A DNA stretch of 64,000 bases from Candidatus Latescibacterota bacterium. GTDB taxonomy: Bacteria; Latescibacterota; UBA2968; SICM01. Positions 19,077-29,844 of the stretch are shown here, piece by piece. The notes under the pieces were generated by a model. It did no database searches. It was not told the origin of the DNA and saw only the letters and a list, made by a program, of their open reading frames with translations. Each line of letters starts with the position of its first letter. Position 1 is the stretch's first letter. Location of the stretch: NCBI GenBank assembly GCA_965217865.1, contig CBDCJO010000002.1, forward strand, positions 3,264,001 to 3,328,000. Reading direction: 5' to 3'. A program made the position numbers and the translations under genes.

Positions 19077-20687
19077 GTGCCCTTTACGTTTTCTGTTCCC
19101 AGCCTAAACGGCCAAACCGAAATCAGTATAGAGCCTGGATCTTCCGTGGTTTTTGTGGGTGCTAATGGCGGGGGAAAAACCAGACTCGCCGTGTATATGG
19201 AATCCGTATTAGCCCTGAACGCGCACCGTATTTCTGCGCATCGGGCGCTTACGCTCAATCCGGGCATCTCCAAAATCAGTGAACGGGCCGCTCTATCCGG
19301 CCTGAGGACCGGATATCCCGACGAAAAGTCCACATTGGACTACCGAGAAGGTTACCGATGGCATAGTAACGAGGCCACTTGGCTACTTAACGACTTCGAC
19401 TTCCTAGTACAGGCCCTCTTCGCCGATCAGATGATCATATCTCTGAAGACGCATCAAAGAAACCGTAACGGCGATCATAGTGTCGCCGATCCTACAAAGT
19501 TTGAGAGTCTCGTCACAATCTGGGAACGCTTGCTGCCAGATCGTCAACTCCATATTTCAGGGGACAACATCCAGGCCTCCGTTTGCGGATCGGAAGAGTA
19601 CTACACGGCTTCCGATATGAGCGACGGCGAACGCGCGATTTTCTACATGATAAGTCAGACTCTCACCGCCGCCTCAAATTCGATCCTCATATTCGACGAG
19701 CCAGAACTCCATGTGCACAGCTCGATCATTGCCAAGGTTTGGGACGAGTTGGAGGCTGCCCGACAAGACTGTGCTTTCGTGTTCATCACCCACGACCTGG
19801 GATTTGCTGCCTCTCGCGTGGCCCAGAAGTTCATCATCCGTGACTTCGATCCTTCCCCTCACTGGACCATCGAAAAGGTTCCGGAAAACACCGGGTTTGA
19901 CGAAGAAATCACAACTCTTATACTCGGCAGCCGACGGCCAATTCTCTTTGTTGAGGGTGATGAGAATAGTCTTGATCAAGCAATCTATCGATGCAGCTAT
20001 CCTGACTGGACTGTTATTCCGAGAGGATCTTGCCGGGACGTCATCCACTCCGTTGTAACGATGAGGAAAAATCAGGAGCTCACCCGCGTAACCTGTTCGG
20101 GCATCGTAGACGCTGACGACCGTCAAGCCGATGAGATTGCCCAGCTGGCCAGTCTCGGTATTGCCGTCTTGCCAGTCCCGGAGATCGAGAACGTCATCCT
20201 TCTGCCGCCGGTCAGTCGAGCCCTCGCCATGAGCAATGGCTATAGGGACGACGCTCTCGAAACCAAATTGAATGAGTTGAAGGCAGATGTTTTTGCAACT
20301 CTGAATTCAGCCGAAGCGATCGACGCTGTGGTAACGCGGTATTGCCGTCGGCGGATCGACCGATTCCTAAAACAAATCGACCTTAAAGAAGCCACCAACG
20401 TTTCCAACATCACGGACGAATACGATCGCCAGATAGCTGCACTCAACATTCCAGCTATTGCCCAACAAGCTAAAACTCGCATTGAAGAGGCCATTCGTGA
20501 CAACGACCTTCCAAAACTTCTGGCCAACTACGACAACAAAGGCTTGCTGCAACTGGCGGCCAAACATCTGAAGAGTTTAAAGCTGGCAGATTTTAAGGGT
20601 TGGCTTACCAGGGTCTTAAGGAATAACACTGAGACCTCACTGGTCACGGCCATTGACAACTTCCTCCCAAAAATTGAGCCTCAATGA
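19077..20687 (+). CDS. ABC/AAA_21 ATPase fused to a DUF4435-like TOPRIM domain (OLD-like)
   Basis: Walker A GANGGGKT, MSDGER, FDEPELHVH, ITHD; FVEG...GIVDADD. Confidence 0.85.
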   Translation: MPFTFSVPSLNGQTEISIEPGSSVVFVGANGGGKTRLAVYMESVLALNAHRISAHRALTLNPGISKISERAALSGLRTGYPDEKSTLDYREGYRWHSNEATWLLNDFDFLVQALFADQMIISLKTHQRNRNGDHSVADPTKFESLVTIWERLLPDRQLHISGDNIQASVCGSEEYYTASDMSDGERAIFYMISQTLTAASNSILIFDEPELHVHSSIIAKVWDELEAARQDCAFVFITHDLGFAASRVAQKFIIRDFDPSPHWTIEKVPENTGFDEEITTLILGSRRPILFVEGDENSLDQAIYRCSYPDWTVIPRGSCRDVIHSVVTMRKNQELTRVTCSGIVDADDRQADEIAQLASLGIAVLPVPEIENVILLPPVSRALAMSNGYRDDALETKLNELKADVFATLNSAEAIDAVVTRYCRRRIDRFLKQIDLKEATNVSNITDEYDRQIAALNIPAIAQQAKTRIEEAIRDNDLPKLLANYDNKGLLQLAAKHLKSLKLADFKGWLTRVLRNNTETSLVTAIDNFLPKIEPQ

Positions 20688-20761
20688 CCGGGGCGGCATG
20701 GACTTGTAAACCTTTCTCACGTGGCTCCCTGTCTTGTCTGAGGAACATGGGAGAATAAACC

Positions 20762-21045
20762 ATGCAGCGTAAGCGCGGCGAGTTGGTTCTGATCGGCGAG
20801 GTCGTCTCCGGCCTGGATGACGTGCCGGCGATCCACGACGACTCGCCCCAGGCGCGGCACCACTTCACCCAGGCCGATCAAGTGCATCAGTTGGTGACGG
20901 CCAGCGAAGCGGACGCTGATCTCGGCTTCATGGCGCGGATGATGGCGCTGTGCTCGTTGCCCCGCTACTAACCCCGGCGATCGGATTCAGTACACAAGCG
21001 CGTCAACGGTCCTTACACGCTCTACATGACGGCAGGCGGCGGCCA
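20762..21045 (+). pseudogene. repA: Plasmid-type replication initiator RepA, frameshifted N-terminal fragment
   Basis: DLGFMARMMALCSLPR / TNPG...RVNGPYTLYMTAG. Confidence 0.7.
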
Positions 21046-21054
21046 GGCCGCGCT

Positions 21055-21435
21055 GCCGGACCAGTTCCTCGAACCGGATCGCCAGGGCCGTCAGTCTCGA
21101 TATGCGAGGTATATTCCCCGGCTCGACATTCCGGTCCTGATCCGTGTGGCGGCAGCCGTTGTTCCGGCCGTTTCCGGGCTGGAACGTGAAGGACACTTCC
21201 AGGGGTCCGGGTCCGGCCCGGGTCGCATCGGATGCGCGACCGCTCATCGCATGACCTCCTGACGGTTGAGACCCGCCTTCCGGCACAGCGCCTCGATGCC
21301 GGGTGGGCGAAAGGTGACGGTCACCGTGCCGTCCCGTCCGTCGTAGCCGACCCGCTCGATGAGCAGCCGGAGGCTCCGGACCTGCTCCCTCGGGGCCAGC
21401 GCCGTCCAGACCGGGTCGAAGACCTCCAGGGCCTG
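21055..21435 (-). pseudogene. Large serine recombinase C-terminus plus accessory gene fragment
   Basis: FDPVWTALAPREQ..LRLLIERVGYDG; PRISRLTALAIRFE; near-identical to 41152-41530. Confidence 0.75.
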
Positions 21436-21553
21436 ATGTTCTGCGCGATCCCTGCCTCTTACCCTCGTGACCACCCAAGCCTGCCGCGGAGGCGCGCGCA
21501 CCCAGGAGGCGCTCGAGACCGCGGTGGTTACCGCCCGGCGTGGAATCCATCTC

Positions 21554-22291
21554 TCAATCGTGAACAACCTTATGAGCGACGACTATCATCTGACGACTAC
21601 CTCGACGGTAAGGTTCACGGTTCAGCGAACCATAGACGTTCTCCACCTTGAGACCCAGCGAAGAAAGCAGGTTTCGCATCTGTGACAACGTGTAGAGGCG
21701 TTGAGATGATCTGCTTTCGTACTCTGCAATGCCGTCAACCACACATTGCCCAATGAGACGCTCTTCACGAGGATCCCACTTCGATTGAGCAAGCACACCA
21801 TGCCTGACGCCTACAGGACGGAAATTCCGAAGTATCCGCTCGCGATTCAGTTGGTCGATCAGAAGTCGTCCTCCTAGACGCAATGCCCGGGAGAATCGCC
21901 TCACCACGTCAATATTCTCGCCGTCAGAGAAGTATCCAAAGCTGTTGAACCAGTTGTATATAGCGTGAAATTCGTTCTCAAAATCGATAGAACGCAAGTC
22001 CATGCTCCTGAGATCGGCTTGCACGCCCTTTCTTCTGAATCTCCGTTTGGCCCGCTTTACGAAGGTCGATCGCAGGTCAATGCCGACTACTTCTACCCCT
22101 TGCCTCGCCAGATGGTAAGCGACACGTCCCGCACCACAAGGAGCATCCAGGACACGTTGTCCACTTCGGATATGTAAGATCCGTCGGAGAGAATCTGCTT
22201 CATTCTCTCCTCCTTCATCCGGGCGAAGCCATAAGCTGTCATGTAGGGTGTTGAACCACTCACTCTTGTCGTATTTAGCCTGTTTATTCAT
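21554..22291 (-). CDS. Class I SAM-dependent methyltransferase
   Basis: VLDAPCGAG, GID, FNSFGYF, GGRLLID. Confidence 0.85.
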   Translation of the reverse strand: MNKQAKYDKSEWFNTLHDSLWLRPDEGGENEADSLRRILHIRSGQRVLDAPCGAGRVAYHLARQGVEVVGIDLRSTFVKRAKRRFRRKGVQADLRSMDLRSIDFENEFHAIYNWFNSFGYFSDGENIDVVRRFSRALRLGGRLLIDQLNRERILRNFRPVGVRHGVLAQSKWDPREERLIGQCVVDGIAEYESRSSQRLYTLSQMRNLLSSLGLKVENVYGSLNREPYRRGSRQMIVVAHKVVHD

Positions 22292-22751
22292 GTCAGATAA
22301 CGTTTCCACGGTTTGCGACCCCGAACTCTTTTTGACCAATGTTATCAGGAGGAAGCCAAACGGATTGCAGACAAGATCGACATGCATTTCACACCCTAGC
22401 GCGGCAGTTGGCTCAACATCACCTGCAGTTGCCGCAGCTCATCGAGGGCAGCGAAAGCGTCTGCATCGCCGAACGGCAAGCCGCGACTCAACAGGTCGCT
22501 GATCTCTTCAGTGATCGAAAAGTCGAAAGCTCCCCTGCCTTCAACCTCGTCCCGCACAACCCGCAGCTTCCGGCATACGAGGATACCCGTGTCATGCTGT
22601 GTGCTAGGTCCTGCATGCGTGTGATGGTCGCCTCGTTCTTTGCGGCTTCCCTTGCCTGATCAAGGGCAACCTCCATCCATTCAAAATCAGATTTTCCATT
22701 CAATTCGATTGATTGTTGAAGAAAAAATATATAGTATTCCCGATTGGGGGT

Positions 22752-22865
22752 CAAAATGTTCCCGCCGGTGAAGCCGCCGTCGTCGTAGCGTCCGGCAAGG
22801 CAGCCCCAGCCCTCCTGCCGCTGGCTGGCGATGCAGGCCTCAGCCGATTCCCGTTGGGCGTCCAG
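22752..22865 (-). pseudogene. Large serine recombinase N-terminal fragment
   Basis: LDAQRESAEACIASQRQEGW...YDDGGFTGGN. Confidence 0.75.
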
Positions 22866-23165
22866 GAGGTGTCTCCAGTGTTCTGTCGGAAAGTCGAAGA
22901 AGGTGAGCATTCGATCCCAGTCTCGATCAAGGGCTTTAACTGCCTTCGGGAACTGGCTTTGGTATCGTGCGATGAACTTCTTGCGGAGCTTCCCGGCATC
23001 TGTAAGGGTGTTGGCGTAGGGGATCTGAACGAGCAACGCCCGAGCCTGGACCTGTTGGCGCTTATGGATCTGGTTGACCACGTTGAGGACCTTGTGGTTC
23101 CAGCACCGCTGCTGCCGGGTCTGTGGCCAGACCTGATTGACCGCGGACCAAAGACGATGACCACA
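22866..23165 (-). mobile_element. IS256 transposase fragment, paralogue of 23373-24641
   Basis: QQRCWNHKVLNV...DFPTEHWRHL. Confidence 0.8.
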
Positions 23166-23291
23166 TGTGGGCGGCTGGAGACCATTATCGGTTTCCTGTA
23201 TCAGAGCCAACTCTGCAACCAAACAGACCAACCTTTAGCCGCTTAACAACAACGTCGTGTAACAACCGGTTGCCACTGCGGCGCGTGCACG

Positions 23292-24670
23292 GAGCTACAT
23301 TCGAAAGGTGTGGAAAAAGAGAGAAGGCGACCCTAAACTTCCCGTGAGATAGAAATATCCACAAGATGCCGGGTGATTGGCCCGGTGGGAAGGAGGATCG
23401 CCGTGAAGAAACATACGTCAGACACACCGTGTTTGTCCATCCCTACTTGGGAGACCCTGGAAGGGTGGATTCGAGATGAGATCGAGGTTCGCATCCAGTC
23501 GATTGCCGAGGAGGAAGTGACCCAGTTCCTGGGACGGGGGTGGTATGAGCGTAAAGGAACTGTCGATGCGGCCCCCGGTTATCGCAACGGCTACGGGAAG
23601 CTGCGCCGATTGTCGACCTCTTGTGGCACGATAAAGATCAAGCGGCCCCGTGTTCGTGGATTGAAGGAGCGCTTCGAGAGCCGGATCCTGCCCTTGTTCG
23701 CGCGTCGCACAAAAGAGGTGGGAGAACTGCTCCCAGAACTTTATCTGCACGGTCTGGCTCAAGGCGACTTCGAGCTGGCCTTGCGGGGTCTGCCCGGAGA
23801 TGGAGCGCCGCTGTCTTCATCGTCGATTGCCCGACTCCGCGGCCAATGGGAAACCGACTACCAGACCTGGCAGGAACGACGCCTGGATGATCGCGAGCTG
23901 GTCTACGCCTGGGCAGACGGCATCTATGTCAAAGCCGGCCTGGAGAAGGATAAGGCGTGCTTGCTGGTCATCATCGGCGCAATGAGCGATGGCCGCAAAG
24001 AGGTTCTCGCCCTGGTGTCCGGCTACCGAGAGTCCACCGAGTCCTGGCTGGAGGTCCTCAGAAACCTGCGCGATCGTGGCCTGAGCCCCCCTGTCCTCGT
24101 CGTCGCCGACGGCAATATGGGCATCTGGTCCGCAGTCAATCAGGTCTGGCCACACACCCGGCAGCAGCGGTGCTGGAACCACAAAATCCTCAACGTAGTC
24201 AACCAGATCCATAAACGCCAACAGGCCCAAGCCCGGGCGTTGCTCGTTCAGATCCCCTACGCCTACACCCTTCGGGATGCCGAGAAGATCCGCAGGCAGT
24301 TCATCGCACGATATCAAGACCCGTTCCCGAAGGCAGTCAAGACCCTTGATCGAGACTGGGATCGTATACTTACCCTCTTCGACTTCCCAAAACCACACTG
24401 GAGGCACCTGAGAACCACCAATGCCGTCGAAAGCCCGTTTGCCTCCGTCCGCCTCAGAACCAACGCGGCCAAGCGATACAAGAAGGTCGCTGCGGCAAGT
24501 GCTCTGATCTGGCGCACGCTGATGGTCGCTGAGAAACGCTTCCGACGACTTGATGCACCCCATCTGATGCCGGATGTCTACGCACAGCACCACCGTAAAA
24601 AAAAGATCACTATCGACTCGGGAGAGAAGCTGGCCGCCTGACCTTTTTACACACCTCTTGACGAGAGCTC
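23292..24670 (+). mobile_element. Complete IS256-family element (transposase 23373-24641)
   Basis: Imperfect IRs GAGCT..; 8-bp TSD CGTGCACG; GYRNGY, WADGIY, RTTNAVES. Confidence 0.95.
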
Positions 24671-24774
24671 CGTGCACGCCTTGGCCTTCGGCAACCCGCT
24701 ACGCGGGTTCGGCAACCGGGAAGACGATACGACAGAACATTTAGTTCCTATTTTTACTTTTTGATTCTTTGTTT

Positions 24775-25480
24775 TCGAACTCCGGTATGTCGTCACTCGC
24801 GACCGCCCAGTCTTCGCCGACCGGCGGATCGTCGCGACGGTAACTCGGCCCCGGCGGAGTCCACCACGCTTTCTCATCTGAGGCGAAGGTTGGGCTTAAC
24901 TCGAACTCACCATCCTCGTTGTGCTTACGGGCCGGAGGCGGCAGTGTCGGGTCGATATCTCGGCCGAAGAACTGCCACGGCCCTGCATAGGTCACCGGCT
25001 GATCATCGAAGAAGTCTGTCATGTGGAAGTTGTCCGCGATCCTTGCGGCCAGTTCGCGAAGGGCTATCCACTGGTACTTCTTCCCGAAGCGTTCAGCCTT
25101 GTGCTCGCTGCTGTGATCGGTCTGATGTCCTACTTGGTGCTGATCAAATTTGGCGAATGCCCGCGGGGTCCAACCAAGAGAGAGCACACGTTCGAAAACC
25201 CAGCGCTGCCCTAGCTCTACGGGATACTCCGCTTCTAGGTCACGCCTTGGCTGGACCGAGGAGAGCGGATACTGGCTGAAGTCCCGGAGTTTGGGTTTGA
25301 TGACATACTTTCCGAAGTCGCCCCAGAAGATCGAGATAAACAACTTTCTATACGGCCAATCTACACCGTCGTGCTTGTCCCTGTCGTACGCACGCTCAAG
25401 CTGTTTCTTCGTACGCGGTTTCCCGGGTGGAGCGGAGCCGTGCCCGGGCCGCACCTTGAACGGATTGAGCAGACCGGACA
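24775..25480 (-). pseudogene. Fragment of a large STAND/Avs-like defence protein
   Basis: AERFGKKYQWIALRELAARIADN...GPWQ..RDIDPTL. Confidence 0.55.
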
Positions 25481-25484
25481 GGCC

Positions 25485-25950
25485 GCCTCCATGACGGCGC
25501 GCGGCGCGTCGGTGCGTTCCGACGCCCAGTCGCGGAAGCTCGACCGGAACCCGTGAGGCACCGCCGGAATGCCGAGTTCCCACAGCAGCTTGGAAAGTGT
25601 TGCGTCTGACAGCGGTTTGCTATATCTTATACCGGAAGATACCAGACCGGTCTCCTCCTGGGCGAGAGTCCGCGCTACGCTCAGGACTTCCAGCGCCCGC
25701 CCGGACAGCGGCACCCGGTGGGGACGCTTCGCCTTCATGCGCTCGCCGGGGATGGTCCACTGGCGGGCTTCCAGGTCGATTTCGTCCCACCGGGCCAGGC
25801 GGACCTCGCCCGAACGGCACGCCGTCAGCACCAGGAACTCGAAGGCCAGCTTCGCGGCCAGAGAAGCTATCCGAAGCCTGCACCGCCTCTATTGCGCATG
25901 CAACCTCGCCGTGGGGAAGCGCCCGCTGGTGGCGCTTGATATCGCCTTCT
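25485..25950 (-). pseudogene. P4-like tyrosine integrase fragment
   Basis: LTACRSGEVR.ARWDEID, MKAKRPHRVPL, PHGFRSSFRDWA. Confidence 0.85.
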
Positions 25951-25995
25951 CGGGATGCCGGCCACGCCTGCGCCCGGGCGCGCGCCGAAGTGATT

Positions 25996-26286
25996 ATGAA
26001 TATTGAACCCAATAAGCTCAATGTCGGCGGTCAGGACTTCCGCGTCAAGTATAATCCATCGGCTCTGGGCGGCGCTTTTGTCTATAGCCCGAAGACGCGG
26101 TACCGGGGTGTCCAGCGCAATCTAATCTGGTGGGCGCCGGTTCCGAAGAGGGGAGGTACCGTTAAGGTCTATCCCTTGAATGGCCCGTCTCAGATGGTTA
26201 CGCCGGGCCTGGAATTTCCTATGCGGGCGGGTTTAACTAAAGCGCCCCAGGCGTACAAGGTTAATAAGTACATCTGGGGACGATAG
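25996..26286 (+). CDS. Hypothetical protein, possibly a fragment
   Basis: 96-aa open frame with protein-like composition. Confidence 0.4.
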   Translation: MNIEPNKLNVGGQDFRVKYNPSALGGAFVYSPKTRYRGVQRNLIWWAPVPKRGGTVKVYPLNGPSQMVTPGLEFPMRAGLTKAPQAYKVNKYIWGR

Positions 26287-26479
26287 TATAAAGGATACCC
26301 TTCGCGATATGAAGTGGATTGTAGGATTGATCGACGCGAGGGCATCAAAGCCGAACCGTCCAAAGACCTACTCCCCTCGAATTTCAAACTGAGACCCATA
26401 TTCGTCAGATCTGGTGGAGCAAAGGGAAGTTCAAGGAGGGAAGATGCCCCATCCCCACGGCAGTATCCGGTTTTCAAAC

Positions 26480-26690
26480 CGTTCTTCCAGACCCCGTACA
26501 AGGTCGCTTTACCTCAATCGTGCCACCCGTCAGGTTCAGTTTTCGAGGCTTGCCATACCCATTGCGATAGCCAGAAATTAAATCGACTCCAGAATGCCGT
26601 TCGTAAGGACATCGACCCCAAAAGGCGGTTACCTTTTCCTCCTGCAATCTCCTTTGAATCTCACCGTGTATCCACTCTTTAAGCGCCTCC
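26480..26690 (-). mobile_element. Degenerate IS256 N-terminal fragment
   Basis: GYRNGYGKPRKLNLTGGTIEVKRP. Confidence 0.65.
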
Positions 26691-26697
26691 CAAGGCT

Positions 26698-26900
26698 CTC
26701 GATGGGGCGATCACCAAAGCATCCGTGGGGGTAGACAGGCCACCGGTTAAGCCCTGTGGACCGAAGGAAGCGGGGCACCTAGGTGCAGTGTGTTGACCGA
26801 CCGGCGGGGTGCCCCTTTGTCAGTCGTGGTGCCCCCTGCTAATACCCACAACAAAGACCGTCGCCCTGAAGACGCTGGATGTAATCGCGGTTGATGGGCG
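26698..26900 (+). mobile_element. Degenerate IS5-family fragment
   Basis: DGAITKA...PVDRRKRG...LTDRRGAPLSVVV..ANTH. Confidence 0.55.
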
Positions 26901-26984
26901 GAGTCCTTGAACGCGACCATATCCTGCACGGCGGAAAACGAGGTGAACTTCCACATACTTCTGCCACCGTCAAGAATCTACCCT

Positions 26985-27705
26985 GCTCGTCGCTGGGTCG
27001 TCGAATGTACCCACGCTTGGCACAACCCAGGGGGATGCGTCGCTTGAGGCATTGCCTGGTCAGTACGCTGAGCTCGATTTCGGCGATGTTGAGCCAGCTA
27101 TCGTGTTTCGGCGTGTAGCGTAGTTCAAGACACCCAACGCGCGTGCCTTCGAGGGTAGAAAGGCTTCGTAAAGCTGGCGGATCGATCCAGCCACTCGCGT
27201 TCTCCTTCTGTCAGACGAACAATGTACTTCTTCTTAGGCATACCGATGGCTCATTCACATGCGTAGTGCTGTAGCCGTCCCCACAACGATTCAATTTCTC
27301 GGCCCGTTGGCCGCATCAAGTATATAACTACGCTGCTTGAGGTGGACTACCCGGATGCGGAAGTCGTGGTCCTGGTCTGCGACAACCTCAGTACTCACAC
27401 CATCGCATCTCTCTACGAGGCCTTCCCACCCGAAAAGGCCCGTTCTCTAGCCAAACGCCTCGGATTGCGCTACACCCCCAAGCACGGCAGCTGGCTCAAT
27501 GTCGCCGAGATCGAACTGAGCGTCCTTGCCAGACAATGCCTGCACAGCCGCATTCCTGACCTGCAGACCCTCACCAACCAGGTGGAGGCCTGGAAATGTG
27601 ATCGAAACGAGAAACACAGAACCATTGATTGGCAGTTCAGGACCACCGACGCCCGCATCAAACTGAAGAAGCTCTATCCCAAGTTTTAGGTGTCAGGGTG
27701 TACTA
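26985..27705. mobile_element. Two IS630-family remnants in opposite orientation (plus-strand C-terminus 27342-27689)
   Basis: [34 protein letters not shown]; similar motif on the minus strand near 27050-27130. Confidence 0.8.
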
Positions 27706-27772
27706 GTTTGGGGTTGAAAAGCTTGTGGTAAACCTTCGCCTGATCAACGGAATGGACTGAAAGGGAGGGGAT

Positions 27773-27886
27773 ATGAGCATCAGGAAGAAGCCCGGAAGGA
27801 GTCTGCTCATACCACGGCCAAGTGCGATCGATCTGCCAAAACGAATGTTCGAACCGAAGATCAAAAGTGGAGAACCATCGGGATGA
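27773..27886 (+). CDS. 37-aa peptide coupled to the downstream operon
   Basis: GGGAGG RBS; MSIRKKPGRSLLIPRPSAIDLPKRMFEPKIKSGEPSG; ATGA overlap with the next gene. Confidence 0.5.
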   Translation: MSIRKKPGRSLLIPRPSAIDLPKRMFEPKIKSGEPSG

Positions 27887-28308
27887 AAAAGAAGGATTGG
27901 ATTCTATTAGCCCTTCTGGCCGCAAAGGACTACAGATTACAGCCGGTACAGTTACAGAAGAGCCTTTTTCTGTTGAGCGAATCCGGGCTTCTGGGGGGGC
28001 GCAGTTTCTACAAGTTCGAGCCGTATCACTATGGCCCGTTTTCGCATGAGGTATATAAAGAGGCCGACCGGATGGTCCTTGAGGGACTGATCGTCGTGTT
28101 GCCCGTACCGGGCGTGCGCTGGCGAGAATACTGGATCACAGAAGAGGGCAAGATAGCCGCAGAAAAAATCGCGACGAAACCGGAGCAGCCTTGGGAATAT
28201 TTGAAGCTGCTTGTCACGTGGATTCAGGATCTTTCGTTCCAGGATCTGATCAAAACGATCTACGCGCACTTCCCAGCCTACAAGGTCAACAGCGTTTTCG
28301 GAGAGTAA
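27883..28308 (+). CDS. SocA/Panacea (DUF4065)- or YwgA-like winged-helix protein
   Basis: QLQKSLFLL...YKFEPYHYGPFSHEVY; C-terminal LIKTIY.HFP.Y. Confidence 0.7.
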   Translation: MKKKDWILLALLAAKDYRLQPVQLQKSLFLLSESGLLGGRSFYKFEPYHYGPFSHEVYKEADRMVLEGLIVVLPVPGVRWREYWITEEGKIAAEKIATKPEQPWEYLKLLVTWIQDLSFQDLIKTIYAHFPAYKVNSVFGE

Positions 28309-28310
28309 CA

Positions 28311-29090
28311 GTGACTCTGATCGTAGGGATCTTATGTAAAGACGGAGTGGTCGTGGGATCAGACGGAGCGGCGACACTCGGATCACTCGGTTCCCAGACG
28401 GCTCGTCAGCCAACGAAAAAGCTCTGCGGCGTCGGGAATCGAATCATCGTTGGCGTATCTGGCCCCGTTGGGATGTCTCAACTACTGGTTGATCAAGTTG
28501 AATCTCTCAATGGGACAAACAAGCTGTCCAAAACGCAGTGCAAGAGCGCTGCTGATGCCATGCGTACCATCAGCACTGAATTCAAGAAAGACATCATCCC
28601 AGCAGCGCAAACGGCGCAAAGTGTAGCCAATCTCGTCGGACATCAAAACGCAGCCACGAGTGCCTTATGTTCAAGTGTTGTGGCCTTGCCGGTCAAGGGA
28701 AAGCCCACACTTCTTCAGTTCGATTACCAAGGTGCCGGAGAAGCTGCGAGCGAGGATCTTCCCTTTCTTTCGGTCGGGAGCGAACAGAAGACGGCAGACC
28801 CATTCTTGGCGTTTATCAGAAGGCTATTCTGGGAGAAACGTTTGCCAAAATTGGCGGAAGGCGTCTTTGCAACCACTTGGACGCTAAAGCAGGCAATCCG
28901 AACGAGCACCGGCGGGGTTTCGGATCCTATCCAATTGATGGTGCTGGAAGCAGATAGGGTGAGGGATATCACATCTGAGTTGGATGACCACGAAGCGAAT
29001 GTTGAAGCCTTGGAAGATCATATCAGAGAATTCAGCACTGAATACAGCAAAGTAGAGCCTGATTCGATGCCCAAACCGCCTGAACCCTAA
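28311..29090 (+). CDS. Proteasome-beta-like Ntn hydrolase
   Basis: GTG start after GGAGAG; M-T1LIVGILCKDGVVVGSD17, K36, GVSG, SVGS, TGGV. Confidence 0.75.
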   Translation: MTLIVGILCKDGVVVGSDGAATLGSLGSQTARQPTKKLCGVGNRIIVGVSGPVGMSQLLVDQVESLNGTNKLSKTQCKSAADAMRTISTEFKKDIIPAAQTAQSVANLVGHQNAATSALCSSVVALPVKGKPTLLQFDYQGAGEAASEDLPFLSVGSEQKTADPFLAFIRRLFWEKRLPKLAEGVFATTWTLKQAIRTSTGGVSDPIQLMVLEADRVRDITSELDDHEANVEALEDHIREFSTEYSKVEPDSMPKPPEP

Positions 29091-29161
29091 GCAAACCGTA
29101 TAAAATGCAATGATGTAATTGTTTATACGCGGCATAGAAAAGGCGATTTTTTCGTATGAGG

Positions 29162-29601
29162 TCAGTCGAGTTCGCCACGCAGCCACCGGGCCAGCGCCTT
29201 CTTCGGAGAAGAGATCTCCCTCACAGACGTATAGTAGTAGTCTTCCCACCCCCATTCAGGGAGACCGGTGAAGAGCATGAGGTTCAGGGGATAGACTTCG
29301 GAGTCTGTACATCTTCTTAAATCGTCGCGGAAGAGGAAGGTCTTCCGAGTTCTACCATGACGCCTTCGTCGGGCGGGGTACCGTTCACGATCGCAAAAAT
29401 ACCGTCCGCCTCGACAACGTCCTTCAGGTCAGCCTGTCCCACCTTGTATGCCCATCCGGACGCGGTGAAGTCGATCTGATTGTTTCGCTCCCACACCTCC
29501 GCTCCCAGCGAACCGATCGCCTCTACAAAGGCGGGAAGCAGTCCTTGTCTCTGCTGCTGTGAAAACCCGTAGGGGTTTGCCAGGTAAACGCTCTTCTTCA
29601 C
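29162..29601 (-). pseudogene. Nucleoside 2-deoxyribosyltransferase with small deletions and a frameshift
   Basis: VYLANPYGFS, VNGTPPDEGVMVELG, FLFRDD, YPLNLMLF. Confidence 0.8.
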
Positions 29602-29844
29602 GGTCGGACTCCTTTCTTGAACGGTCACGGATGGGCTACAGCATCCACGGATGAAGAGAACCGGAGGTCCCGTGAGTTTCACGCAACCGGTTCAGCGTCG
29701 TTCCTTGACGAAGCTGCGTTCGACGAGGCTTGGCTATTACCTTTGTGGTGATTGCCGTCAGTGCAGAAAGTGTTATAGACGAAAGGATGCTACGTGACAT
29801 GAATGGTGAGTCGATATGGCGTCCGTGCAAGAGCGAAGACCCGA

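Noticed and set aside
22488-23231. 247-aa ORF
   Set aside because: In-frame chimera of IS256, recombinase and possibly deaminase-like scraps
28191-28310. 40-aa N-terminal extension (propeptide) of the Ntn hydrolase
   Set aside because: It overlaps the upstream gene; GTG 28311 has an RBS and exposes Thr1 directly
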